This document shows positions 22,470 to 35,367 of a DNA stretch of 64,000 bases, in pieces. The stretch covers positions 62,001 through 126,000 of the forward strand of contig JALDZX010000045.1 of assembly GCA_022813865.1 (NCBI GenBank), in the 5' to 3' direction. Source of the DNA: Xylographa opegraphella. Lineage: Eukaryota. The translations under genes and the position numbers were made by a program. The notes beneath the pieces are model-generated. The model was not told the DNA's origin. It searched no databases and saw only the letters and a list, made by a program, of their open reading frames with translations. Each line of letters starts with the position of its first letter. Position 1 is the stretch's first letter.

Positions 22470-24968
22470 CTACGGCTCCGTATTCTTCGCACCGATTGCC
22501 TTTTTCGTCCTTGGTGCTCCCTCCACCCTAGCGTGTCCTCGTCGTACCACTACCTCGCCCACCGGATCGCCTTCCTCGCCAACCACCCCCCATGAGCCCA
22601 TCCCGACCGCTATGGGGGCTTTCCGCACGCCCCTACCTCCCCCACCGACGATAAGGTTCCCGGGTCTGTAACACTCGTTGCTCTCCATCCGGCGCAGTGC
22701 CGAGTGGTGGATCAACGCGCCCTCGGGGATGTCGCGGACCTCCCCCTTCGGCAGCGGCCATGAGATCGATTTCCACGAGTTGTCGGGCTGGAGGTCCATG
22801 CGTCGGAACGGCAAATACTCCATGAAATTCCACCAGAGCACGCCGCCGACCTTGAGTCCTCCGCCAAACACGAGGCAGTCGTGCAACGTACTCGTCGTGG
22901 CCGAATCTATCAGCGCTTCACGAAAGGCGGACTGAAGATTCCTTTGATCCGCAGTCGCAGCAAGCGCCTCATTCTTCGGACGAGGAATGCCCGGGGAATC
23001 GGCGCCGGTCACCTGGACTTGTGGTATAGGCTGATCGTCGATGTGGCCGCTGGCTAAGTCGAGCTTCACATACTCGCCCGTTGGTTCTTCGATGCACGAA
23101 AGTTTTCGTAGCTTTTCATCGTCAAATCGCAGGCCTGCTCTCTGTGCTTCGCGGACCATCCACTGGGAGGCGGACGTGGTTAGCACTGCTCTTCGGATGA
23201 TGGAAACGCTTATCAGATTGTGCAAAAAGGTGCGTCATCGGAAGCTCATGACTCCTTCATCGGCACAGAGGGATTCGGGAGGAAGAAGGCAGGAGTAGTC
23301 ATACCACCAAGGGGCCATGACTCAACGGAACTTTCTCATTCGGCGACAAATCCCAACCACCGCCGATATCCTACAGCTCAGTCAGCCTGTCTCTTGTAGC
23401 AAGTCCTCCACTCATGCACTGACAGCATGGCACCCGGGAAACCAGACTTCCTGGATATCCTGAGATGCGTCCCCGTCCTCATCGTCCTCAAGCTCTCGAG
23501 GCGGTGGCAGCAGTGACATTTGGGAGCTTGCTGGCCTCGAGCTTGCGGTCCTGATCGAAGTCCTGTCGCATTCCGTTAATTTTGCAGGTGGCCTAGTTGG
23601 GCTGATGGACAACCCTCGCTCGCGTTGTACGCTGAGGCGATGATGACTGGGCCGTCGATATCGTTCATTTGGCGTTGTTGCTCTAGGAGCGTCGACTTCC
23701 AGGTGCGGAAGATCGAGATGGTCGTGACGTTGCGGAGGCTTCTCCGAACCCGCCGGATGAATTGGCTGTTGTGGAAGATGGTGGTCAACGTGATCATTAT
23801 GATCATGCCGATGAGTGGCATCGATTCTTTTCGTCTCACTGATCAGGTCTTGGCGGAACTTGGCACGTCTTTCGTCTATACAGACTTTCCGACGGTCAAA
23901 TTAGAAGTTGAGGAACGAATGGCTAATCAGTACCTACCGGCATGCCGTATGACCAAAGCGGAAGATCTCGCCGTATACGGAAATTTACTTCTTTTCATCC
24001 ATGCGTTCTCAAAGTGCGGTACACTGTTTACGGTATCGAAAAGGCCAAGAAATCGAATTCGGCGCACGGGACGGGAAAAGGTCTCTCTGAATCCTAGTAG
24101 AGAGGTTCAACCATAGAGATAGGTCCGATCAAGCATTACATCATACCCATAATGAAGTCAAACATCTTCTTCTTCGCTTCGTTCTTTTCCGAACCCCCAC
24201 GCCTCTGCTGCCATTTCGCAAACGCTTTCCAGGCAAACCTTGCCTGTTACGGTCAGCCTTCAGGCGTCCTGAGAAGCGCAACGCTGCTCCGGTTACCATT
24301 TCTTCGTTGCCAGCGCTGAGCAACCCAATATAGTCGAGCATTTCTGCCAGGAACCTGGCAATGTAAGCTCCCCGGCTGAAACCGAAGAAGTAGATGTCTT
24401 CCAATTTTAGTGATGTGAACTCGAAGGCAACCAGTAAGGTGTTGTACCGTCACCAGTCGAATAGTAACGCATCAAGAACTTGTAGCCCCCCATAACGTGC
24501 TCGTCAAAGGAAGTGCCAACTGCAGAATCTCTTGCTTTCTGGAACCAAGAATTCAATCGTGCTGGCAGTGAGGTGTGTGCGGACATCTGCTTTGAATCAA
24601 CATAAGTTCTGATACCAGGCTATATCAAAATTAGTAGATGTATCAGGTGGATCAACTGGCAAAACGCGGAGATCATGCATCATGCAATCCTTCTGTTCAC
24701 CGGGATGGACTTTACTTGATAGTAATGCAGATGACTAGGATCGTTCCTATCTAGCATTCTGAATATCTTGAGGATGTTGCTGTCGCTAGCGGTCCCTGAG
24801 AATTTCTGGAACATAAACTTCAGCTTCAAGTCCTCTTGTCTTTACAGGAGTTGTGATTACGTTGCCAGTGCCATCGAAGCAAAGCACAAAAGTCTTTCGT
24901 GCTTGGGCAGGCCCATACATTGGGGGAACCATATCGGTTTTGGTCGCTTGTTCACGAGTGTTGTCCAT
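22470..24968 (-). CDS. DUF2235 (Tle1-like alpha/beta-hydrolase) protein, many exons
   Basis: [30 protein letters not shown] (GxSxG elbow), [29 protein letters not shown] and [22 protein letters not shown]. Confidence 0.9.
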
Positions 24969-26997
24969 CGCTCCACCTGTATAGATTTAGTAGATGGCGG
25001 AAGAGTTTGGGCTTGTAGCTAGAGGACCGGCAGTATTTACCAGGCCCTTTGTCTTGAAGGATATGAATGATAACATAAGTGCTCGCAAATAGAGTAGTAC
25101 ACGGCACAGATAATAGGACTGGCCACGAGGTCCATGAAGAGGAGTGCCGTGCTTACCGATTACGCTGGCATGTGCAGTGCAACTGCTGCTTAATGCTATC
25201 GCGCATATGGGCCAACAGTGAAGATCGATAGTCTACAAGTGCAGTCACCTTGGCCATGCAGACATGCGGTTGGCCAATATCAAAAGTGTGATAAAGAGAG
25301 TAATGAAGAGGCAGAGGTCGAGTGACGCTGTGCATCAGGTTGGATGAAGACTGCTGCCTCATCCACGAACCAGGTCTCATTTCGGGCGTCCTCGTGCAAG
25401 TGCGGCATTACATGAGCTATGCACGAACTCAATGTTGCGTCTGTGCGGGCAAATTTTCTTCATCCGGCAGGCGGAAGTGCTGAAGACTGGCCAAGTATCA
25501 TGCACCCTCGGGTATCATTCCTCAACGCAAGATCTAAAACAACTCGAGGATATCGGAGCACAGGGGTGGCATCGGGTTCACCCAATTACCCTTTGTCCTG
25601 GTATGGCCAATGGAACACCAGCGTTGACGGTGCAACACTACCGAGTGGCTTCATCGAAAAGCTGCTTCCAGCTCTTCTTTCAGCTCTGAAGGCCGACGTT
25701 GGTCGAAGCCATAGCCACCTCGATTGGTCTTAGCCGGAATTGGTGGCGCGCGCTAATTCTCAGCTACATATTGCCGACCAACCTGAGCTTTCTGAACCTC
25801 ACCTCCTCCAGCTGCCGATGTCGATAATGGCTGCTTGCTCACCCACCGATAGAGCTGAGTTACTATCGTCACTGGTATTCCGAGCCCTCAGGACTGGCTC
25901 ACAGCTGCTAGGTCTGTGTGTTTGCATGAACAACGAAAGCCGAGATCCAGGGTTTCCAATATTCGGATTCACGCCTCGAAAGGAAGGAAATGGCCCATTT
26001 GACGCGCTCTTTGATTAGTGCAGAGTACGGTGGAAGCGTAGATCACGGTTCCGCCAATCGCTTTGTTGCTACACAAACACAGTTCTGCATGAGTTACCAT
26101 CAACAAGCCGTGCACAAGCTCCTCCTACTAGTGCTATATCCATACAGCCCATCTGGTCCGCTCTGAACCCGAAGATCATGCTTATCTCAAGTGGTGTAGG
26201 GTTCTTCGACGAGCTCACTTGGTGCTGAGTTATCGTCTTGCTTTTTGTCATCGGGTGCACTGGCTTCTAATATTTATTGGTCATAACTGCTCATCCTGGT
26301 TTGTCTGTGCACCGATAGGTCTTTCGGTTTCTTATCGTGCAGTTGTACTTGCGCGCCATCAGGTGACCGAATTGTTCTCTGATAGGACAGAAGTGTCGTG
26401 ATGGTTATGATCAGCATGGATCTTGTTCTGTTTGCCTGCTTGATTGAGTTTGTTTACACTAGGCACAAAAATTCACGCGTTAACCCCGCTCTATAATTTA
26501 TATGTGCATCCCCTAGTCGATTAGCTCCATGTTCGTGCTAGGTTCATTCAGTCATGTGTCTATAGTAGTCCTGGTCCGGAATGGTCTTTTTGTTGCGCTT
26601 CAATGGATGCTTTGTGTAACAATACCTTAAGCCCATGGTTCCCGGGTTGCCCGACAAGCTAGTTTGCCTGCTTAGGTTACGGAGTACTTTACAGCAATTG
26701 CTTAGTTCCTCCGGATGGCGGGACCGAAATGTGCTTTAATATCGATTGGATATGAGCGCCTTATAAAGGCGTGTTGACCAAACCATATTCTTGAGCTTAT
26801 TTACCTCGTCACATAGAAAACTGCTTGGCCCTTGTCTGCACATTTTTGCGGCCAATATACAGCGTTCGTCATGTCTAGTATAGCTATCGAGCTATAAACA
26901 TATCGGGTGTATGCGAGTTCATCGTTACTATCGCCAGTATCCTTCCTGACACGGTTGTTCTATCTCATCGTCTCATTACTTTGCTTTGATTTCCAAA

Positions 26998-29900
26998 ATG
27001 TTACGGAGATTCTCTACTTTCCGGAAGGCCAAGAAAGATGACGAGACACTCAAGGCCAATGGTACGAATGGTAGCAACAATGGTGTGAAGGGTATCAACG
27101 GTGCCAAGAGTTCAGATGGTTTTGACGTTTCATCAAGTCAGCACCAGGCCATGACGAATGGCTTTGGTCACGCAAAGAAAGAACCAGCAGAAGATCAACA
27201 TGGGATGGCCGATGGGCAGGGTTTACTTGAGCAATTCGCACAGCTTATACATATGTCTCGACGACCACTTCCGACACAATCCGGCGATGGTGCATATTTA
27301 GACCAAGATGTTCCTTCGGGACTAATGGATGACTTGAGGAGCCTTGGATTCAAAGATGTGAAGACTTTGATGCAGGTTATGAGACAAAAGAAGGGTACCC
27401 TACAAGATGACAAAACGTATATTATGGAACGAGTGATACAAGCAAGTTCCCATTTGTTGATTCCAGAAACAAAACAGCGACTGATATATCAAAGCTGGTT
27501 TCAAGTCTTCCTCCTAAGTCCAAAACCAGAGTCGATTTGACAAACTCTTTCATCGATGAATTGTGGAATTCTCTTCAACATCCACCGCAGAGTTATTTAG
27601 GAGAAAAATACCAATATCGTCAAGCGGATGGCTCTTACAACAACATAATGTTTCCGCAACTGGGCGCTGCGAACACGCCCTACGCTCGTTCTGTATTCCC
27701 AGGGACGCTACAACCGGGCTCCCTCCCAGACCCGTCCCTCATTTTCGACAGTTTATTCGCTCGTAACAAAGGATTCAGACCTCATCCAAACAAGGTCTCG
27801 AGTATACTGTTCTATTGGGCGGGCTTGATCATTCACGGTTGGTCATCCGTGCGGTGCTGTAGCAAGCTAGCCCCTGAGCTCTTACATAATCATAGATCTA
27901 TTCCAAACCAACCACCGCGATTTTAGCATCTCCCAGACTTCATCCTATCTGGATCTCTCGACCCTCTACGGTGATAATCAGGAGGACCAGAATCAAATCC
28001 GGACATTCAAAGATGGGATGCTCAAACCTGATTGCTTCTCTGAACCGCGCGTATTGGGCATGCCACCTGCTTGTGGTATCATTTTAATCATGTTCAATCG
28101 GTTCCATAATTATGTGGCGGAACAGCTTGCTGTTATCAATGAAAAAGGTCGCTTCAATAAGCCAAAGGATGGATTGTCGGAAGAATCGAGCAAGAAGGCA
28201 TGGCAGAAGTATGACCACGATTTGTTCAATACGGCCCGCCTCATCACATGTGGATTGTATATGAACATCACACTTCTGGACTATTTGCGGACAATCGTGA
28301 ATCTAAACCGAAGCAATACGACGTGGACCTTGGATCCACGGGTTGAAATGGGTAAAGAAGTTATGGGAGAAGCTTCCGCACCAAGAGGCATGGGTAATCA
28401 AGTCAGTTGCGAATTCAACCTTGTTTACCGATGGCATGCCGCAATTAGTGCCAAGGATGAGAAGTGGACAGAGTCATTGTACCGAGAACTGTTTGGTAAG
28501 GAAGCTCATGAGGTTACATTACCCGAGCTTCTTCAAGGCCTCGGTCAATGGGAGAAATCCATGGACAAAGATCCCCAGAAACGTCCCTTTGCTCATCTGA
28601 ACCGCGGACCGGATGGCAAGCTCGACGATAACGACCTGGTCTCAATTCTCACAGAAGCAGTGGAGGACACAGCTGGTGCATTCGGCGCGAACAATGTACC
28701 TGTTGCACTAAAAGCGGTCGAGATTCTCGGCATGCAACAAGCCCGAAATTGGAATTGCGGATCTCTCAACGAATTCCGAAAGTTCTTCGGACTTAAACCA
28801 CACTCAACATTTGAGGATATCAATTCAGATCCCGCTGTTGCGGACCAGCTTCGTCATTTATACGAACATCCTGATTTTGTAGAGATGTACCCCGGCATAG
28901 TTGCTGAGGAGGCTAAAGTACCTATGATTCCTGGCGTTGGGATATGCCCAACCTTTACGATATCAAGGGCTATTCTCTCCGATGCGGTTACGCTGGTCCG
29001 TAGTGATCGATTCTATACGGTAAGCTCACGGTAGTAATGACATTACCAGAATGATTTGTTAATCTTCTCCAGATTGATTATCATCCCAAGAACTTAACAA
29101 ACTGGGGATACAGCGAAGTACAATACGATTTCAATGTGGAGCAAGGTTGCGTGTTCTATAAGCTCTTCCTGCGAGCATTCCCAAATCACTTCAAGTCAGA
29201 CTCAATATATGCTGTCAGTGCCCTTACACACCTCTGGATCCTATCACTGATCTAGCAAACAGCACTACCCGATGACAATACCCTCTGAAAATAGGAAGAT
29301 TATGAAGAGCCTTGGCCGTGAAGAGCACTATTCGTGGGATAAACCGGCATTTATACCGGCCAGAGTCAATTTGACTTCATACATTGGCGCGAAATATATT
29401 TTAGAGCGCAAAGAACAGTTCAATGTCACATGGGGAGCCGCCACTGAATTCGTGATGGCACCAGGCGGAAAAGATTTTATGCTGTTCGTCTGCAATTTCC
29501 CAGCGACTACTTCCAGAATTGTCTGACCAAAGTTCTAGGTCTGGGGATACAGATTTCCATAGCAGACAACGGCAGCTCATGAGTAAAGCACTATATCGAA
29601 AGGACTGGCATAAGGAGATCAAAGACTTTTACGAACATATTACACTACGCCTACTCCACGAAAATGCGTGCAAGATAGCTGGTATCAACCAGGTCGATGT
29701 CACCCGAGAGTAGGTCAAGAGGTGCTCTAAGGCGGCGATTTGCTAACAATTGATAGCATTGGTAATATTGCGCATGTCCACTTCGCGTCGAATGTTTTTT
29801 CCTTACCACTGAAGACAAAAGAGCACCCTAGAGGCATTTTCTCTGAGCATGAAATGTACGGAGTCCTTGCGATAGTATTCGTTTGTATTTTCTTCGACCT

Positions 29901-30852
29901 TGACCCTGCGAAATCATTTCCTCTTCGTCTTGCAGCAAGGGCCGTTGGTCAGTCTTTAGGCAAAATCATCGAAGCCAATGTGAAGTCGACATCTATGACT
30001 GGTTGGGTTGCCGGTATAGTCGACGGCTACTCTCAAAACCAGAACGCCCTTACCAACTATGGTGTTCACATGATACGACGGCTTTTAGATAGTGGACTAG
30101 GCGCGAAAGAGATCGCATGGTCGCAAGTACTCCCAACGGCAGCGGCAATGGTACCGAATCAGGCACAGGTGTTCACTCAAATTCTAGATTATTACTTGTC
30201 AGAGGAAGGCAAAGCTTATCTACCTGACATTCGGCGTTTAGCACTCGAGGACACGGTTGACGCGGACGAAAAGCTTCTCCATTACTGTATGGAAGGTATT
30301 CGCCTTAATGGTACCTTTGGATCTTATCGCGAGTCTACGATTTCCACCACAATTGACGATGGAGGACGTGCCGTAGACGTCAAACCTGGAGATAAGGTTT
30401 TCTGCAGTTTCGTAAGTCGGAAGTTCCCCGCAAGCATGATGGCCATGTAAACTTATTCAAAACAGGTCGGTGCAAACCGTGACCCAGATGTCTTTCCGTT
30501 CCCCAATGAAGTCCGCATCGACAGGCCTTTGGAATCATATATACACTATGGCGTAGGACCGCATAGATGCCTTGGTGAAGATGCGAGCCGTGTCGCACTG
30601 ACGGCTATGCTGAAGGTTGTAGGTCGTTTAGAGAATCTACGGCGGGCCCCTGGACCTCAAGGGCAATTGAAGAAAATCCCTAGAGCCGGAGGCTTCTATG
30701 TTTACATGACCGAGAATCATGGAAGCTACTTCCCATTTCCGACATGTAAGCAGCCCCGCCTGTTATCATATCAGAGTCGAGCTGACATGTGATGTCCATT
30801 AGCTATGAAAGTCAACTGGGATGGAGAGTTGCCGCCGTTGAGAATGACGTAG
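26998..30852 (+). CDS. ppoC: Fatty-acid dioxygenase-cytochrome P450 fusion (psi-producing oxygenase, PpoC/10R-DOX type)
   Basis: N-terminus MLRRFSTF. Heme-peroxidase domain with YRQADGSYNN, LIIHD, TSSYLDLS, DYLRTIVN and EFNLVYRWH. P450 domain with NQAQ, EGIR and HYGVGPHRCLG, ending MKVNWDGELPP. Confidence 0.93.
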
Positions 30853-32134
30853 AGTAGAGTGTTTTCATTTGTGAGGTTGCTGTGGTAGGACTTCGATATC
30901 GCAAATTTTTGGGATCCGATGCATAATCCGCCCTTACCGCATAGCATTTCTTTTCGTAGTAAGTCCATGGTACATTTGTCTTCTCCCGGCAGAGATCGTG
31001 AAGGTGTTACACAATGACGTCTGCGCACCCATTCTATGATGTTTCAGAAACCTCTGGCCAAAACTGATTTAGCGAAGTGAAACCGCTCTCGGACCTTAGA
31101 TCCTCCCATTAGTTATTCGACACATAGTGCTATATATCACGTCGCAACAATACGTGCTTACATGCGAAGCTATTAGCGGTTCTCTCTACGGCTTCGATCG
31201 TTATCGTCTCCTTCTGCATCTGCCACCATATATTTATTGGTCTCCGCGCTCAACTGCTGCAGAAACACTTGAACATAGTGATTACCCATCCATGATGCAC
31301 CAGTACCGATTATGTTAGAGCGAGCCTGTCCTTGCACCATACCAAGTTGCATTGGAAGGAGCTTATTTGCAATGAAGATCCTCAACCGCAGCCACCAAGT
31401 TCCGGACTGCCGTTTCACAAACAAATGGCGGGATCTGGCGGTGCTTATGCCGAGGTCGATTCAAGGGAAGATCAATTCACTGCCACAACGAGCTGAAGCA
31501 GTGGTAGTTATCATGAATATCACTGGGTAGAGCCATTAGTATCATGCCAAAGGTCGCCAGAGTTACGAGTCTCTGCCGGGCACTCATCACCCAAGCGATT
31601 TCCCTGTGCTGCGGACAGGTTGACTTCACCAAACTCTATGCATCGCAGTGTCACAGCATATTAGTCGGCAGGACGGCGTGGTTCTGGTTTGTGTCCTCGC
31701 CTTTACTTGTGGCCAACTAATGCAGATTGATCATGGCAATACTAGCTATAGCTGAAGCGTCGTCGGACATTTTCCATGCATACTCCTGAGAAGGCTGCGC
31801 ATTGCCTTGCAGGTACTCCGTACCCAGCCTAGTTTACTTCGCCCTTGTCCACGACTATATCAACTACACGCCTAAGAAGAGTCCAGGTGTGGAATAATTC
31901 AGTTATTGCTCGCTCTCTTCTCCGCCATTTCTAGTCTCTAAAATCTTTCGATCTTTGCTGTTGACTTTAGGCCGCTCATTTTGGTGCCTTTTTGCTTATC
32001 TATAGCTTGTCCGATGTTCGCTTGCCAGGGTGTCTAATCGAAAGATCCTGGCGCAGTCCGTTCTCTGCTTCAGAATTGGCATAAGCCAAAACTCTTATAT
32101 ACTTATTTCTGCTGCTCAATACAAAGATACAGAT

Positions 32135-33199
32135 ATGGTCGCTTTGCACGGGCTATACAGTCTTATTCTCTCTCAATTGCCTTTGCTATTGGCGATTCCT
32201 CTACTAAAGCAGACCATAACAGGTCCCGCAATAACCTCCAACTTCCCTGATCCTGCCATCATAACTGTCGGCAACACTTACTATGCATTCGCCACTGGCT
32301 CTGGCGGTCTGAATATACCAATAGCAACCTCTTCGGATGGATCTACTTGGACGAACACAAATACAGACGCTCTACCAAGAGCTGGCTCGTGGTCAAATGG
32401 ACAAAACATTTGGGCACCTGATGTGGTGCGATTGGTAATAATTTCCTGGCCTAATAGATGATAGGTTTTTCTGACTGCTTCTTAGAGTTCGGGAAGCTTT
32501 GTTCTATATTATGCAGCTACCTCCGCTGCCAACACGTCCTCTCATTGTATCGGTGCAGCCACAAGTGACTCCGTTACAGGCCCATATACACCTGTTGCCG
32601 ACGCCATCGCATGTCCTATATCTCGAGGCGGTGCCATTGACCCCGCTGGGTTTGCCGACTATGATGGCAGCCAGTACGTTCTTTACAAAATCGATGGGAA
32701 CAATATTGGCCATGGCGGAAACTGTAACAATGGCAATGCACCCATAGTACCCACACCAATCATGCTACAGCAAGTGTCGTCCTCCGACGGATACACTCTT
32801 ATTGGCCCGGCCGTACAAATTCTCGATCGCGGCGATGCGGACGGGCCTCTGGTCGAGGCACCCAGTCTGGTCCGTGTGTCGAACAGTTCGGCAGCTGGAG
32901 GTTGGATGTATGTGCTATTTTTCAGCAGCAATTGCTACAGTAGCAGCGAGTATGATACCAGTTACGCTATCAGCATGAATGGAATCACTAATGGCGGAGC
33001 CGACTATGCTAAGTCGGCGACTCCGCTGTTGGTTACCGGAAACGACAACAATCGGCTGTACAGTCCTGGAGGTCTGGATATCGATGCTGACGGTGCGCAT
33101 GTGGTCTTTCATGCTGATCTGGATGGTTCTGCAGCTACGCGGCAGATGTGGGCTGGGGTCGTCAATATTGATAGTGCGAGTGGGACCGTGAGTATCTGA
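32135..33199 (+). CDS. Secreted glycoside hydrolase family 43 (arabinanase/xylosidase-like), 2 exons
   Basis: Signal peptide; NFPDPAII, IWAPDV, GAIDPAGF, YKIDGN and LVEAPSL (catalytic Asp/Asp/Glu motifs). Confidence 0.92.
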
Positions 33200-33921
33200 G
33201 ACATGGCGAGGACGGCTGATCAAATGCGTCAAATGCGTATTACGGAGTAAGGTATTATTAGTCGTTCGATACTATATTGAATGGTATTTGAATTTTATAT
33301 TTGTTGTCAATACGAGGCGATATTGGATTACAAGAGTGTGTGTAATGTACATCTAGTAGACAAAACGAATAGGGATGTAGACTAGGTACCTTAGGTACTC
33401 GAGAAGAGACAATGTCTCTATTCCATGCTAAGCCACGCTAGGCTCGTTGCAAGAGGCGGTATCCTCCCTTAGTCCTAGCCTAGCTCGCATAGCTCCGCTG
33501 CTTCGGATCGGAATGGTGCAACCTCAGACCACATTTGACAACTCGTAGGCAATCAAGAGTTCTACCTTGCGTCGTAATATGGTGGTCTCTCGATAAAAGA
33601 CCTAAGGTGCTGAGAAGATTATGATGGCTTCCCGTTTACTTTGTCTTATCGGCTGAGTCGACCAGTTTATCTGTACACGCGTCATCAATATTTGATTGAA
33701 ACTCAATTGGAATATTGCCCATCACCACTCAGGAGCCATGTTCAGACGAAGTGATCAGCTCAATCTCCTTCAAGTCTTGTTGTGCTAGTGGACCTACGCC
33801 TCGTCAATTTGCAATAATATTGAGCACTGATTTGTACTAAATCCTGGCAGGGCCGACGCCAGCCAGCTTTCGTTCTGCTATATCACCTATACATTGTGAG
33901 ATCTGCCCAATCATTCCGGAA

Positions 33922-35367
33922 ATGGAGAGGCGTGACACCGGACGTGGGTTTGAGACGGCAGAGTTTGAGGAATGGTTGAATCTCGATGGCGCACTTGAGG
34001 CCCTGTCTCCTCCATCTCCGGAATTTCATTTCTCCTCAGCTTCTGCTGGAAGTGGTTCTCCAACAGGATTCTCACAGCCGCTGAGTTTTGACTTAGCAGT
34101 GGAGCCGGGCCCTGCGGTATCATCCACGCAAAGGGTCAGAAAGCGCAGGGCTTCCCAAAGTAATGGCGAAGCCAATGGAAAGACTACGAAATCAAAGGGC
34201 AAGAAGACATCTCACAATGTCATCGAGAAGCGATATCGATCCAACCTGAATGAAAAGATCACCATGCTACGGGATAGCATTCCAGTCCTTCGTGTCTCGG
34301 CTCAGCGGGCAGCAGCAAGAGATGGATCTAGTGACACAGAAGATTCGCAATATGGGGATGGACCTACTTCAAAGGTCAAGCTGAATAAAGCTACAGTCCT
34401 CACAAAGGCTACCGAGTACATCAAACAGTTAGAGAGACAGACTGAGCAACTCATGGAAGAGAATGTAAGGTTGCGCAATCGATTAATTGGAGCAGAAAAC
34501 AGTCCTCCAGATTCTACAATTGCAGCCTCATACGAGCCAGTAAAGTCATCGGACAGTCCTATCGCTGATCCGACTGCGTCGCCGCGCAAGCTGGAAGCCA
34601 TAGGAGACGCTAGCGGCAGTACAGTAGGCCCGGTCGGTATGATTAAAGTTCCAGATGACATTGCTCGACTACGCATGGGAGCTTCGGAGGAGCACTACGC
34701 TCCCGATATTGACTTCGGCACTGGTACAAAAGGCCGATACATGAGTAGACTGTTGCTTGGATCCCTTGCCACCCTCATGGTAATGGAAGGATTATCCGAG
34801 GTTGAGGGCGATCGTTCTTCAAATGAGCCAAGTAGCCGAGGTCTGTTTGCCTTACCATCGGAATTGCTTCGAGAGTCCCGCGGCTTTAGAGATCCTATAC
34901 GAAGAAGAATCATCGCCTTCGCATACTCTATCCAACCCCATCAGACTACATCATTACTCAAACTCTTTTTCATCTCCATAATACTGTTCCTTGTGATAAT
35001 CAGCACTTTCGAACTTGGACGGGTGTCGTTGAGGAAATCCCAGCTCTCCAGCTCAACCGAATTAGAAACAGTTGGCTCAACTTCAAAAACAGTACAAAAT
35101 GAGGATCGATCGGTCTCTACGCCGGCGGCTACAGTACTTGGTAGGACGGAAATGGAGGCGGAGATCTTGTCTGTCACAATGACAATACGGGGCTTTTTCG
35201 CAAGGCAGGCCCTTGCGGTAGTCGGCCGCTGCTCGTGGCTACAGACAACCTCCGAGGATGAGGAAGCAGCCAGCCTGCCGTCCATTCGCGCCGAAGATTT
35301 CCGGCGAAGATGGAGGGCATACGCGGAGTTGCTGCCCAAGCTCCTGGAAGAGAGTCATGCTGGTTGA
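33922..35367 (+). CDS. SREBP-type bHLH-ZIP transcription factor with membrane anchor
   Basis: KTSHNVIEKRYRSNLNEKI..LRDSIP (SREBP-diagnostic Tyr), KLNKATVLTKATEYIKQLE, a leucine zipper, then hydrophobic LLLGSLATLMVMEG and LLKLFFISIILFLVII. Confidence 0.88.
   Translation: MERRDTGRGFETAEFEEWLNLDGALEALSPPSPEFHFSSASAGSGSPTGFSQPLSFDLAVEPGPAVSSTQRVRKRRASQSNGEANGKTTKSKGKKTSHNVIEKRYRSNLNEKITMLRDSIPVLRVSAQRAAARDGSSDTEDSQYGDGPTSKVKLNKATVLTKATEYIKQLERQTEQLMEENVRLRNRLIGAENSPPDSTIAASYEPVKSSDSPIADPTASPRKLEAIGDASGSTVGPVGMIKVPDDIARLRMGASEEHYAPDIDFGTGTKGRYMSRLLLGSLATLMVMEGLSEVEGDRSSNEPSSRGLFALPSELLRESRGFRDPIRRRIIAFAYSIQPHQTTSLLKLFFISIILFLVIISTFELGRVSLRKSQLSSSTELETVGSTSKTVQNEDRSVSTPAATVLGRTEMEAEILSVTMTIRGFFARQALAVVGRCSWLQTTSEDEEAASLPSIRAEDFRRRWRAYAELLPKLLEESHAG

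Noticed and set aside
22470..24968. Horizontally acquired bacterial T6SS Tle1 effector
   Set aside because: The gene is intron-rich and DUF2235 proteins are widespread in fungi; nothing here suggests recent transfer.
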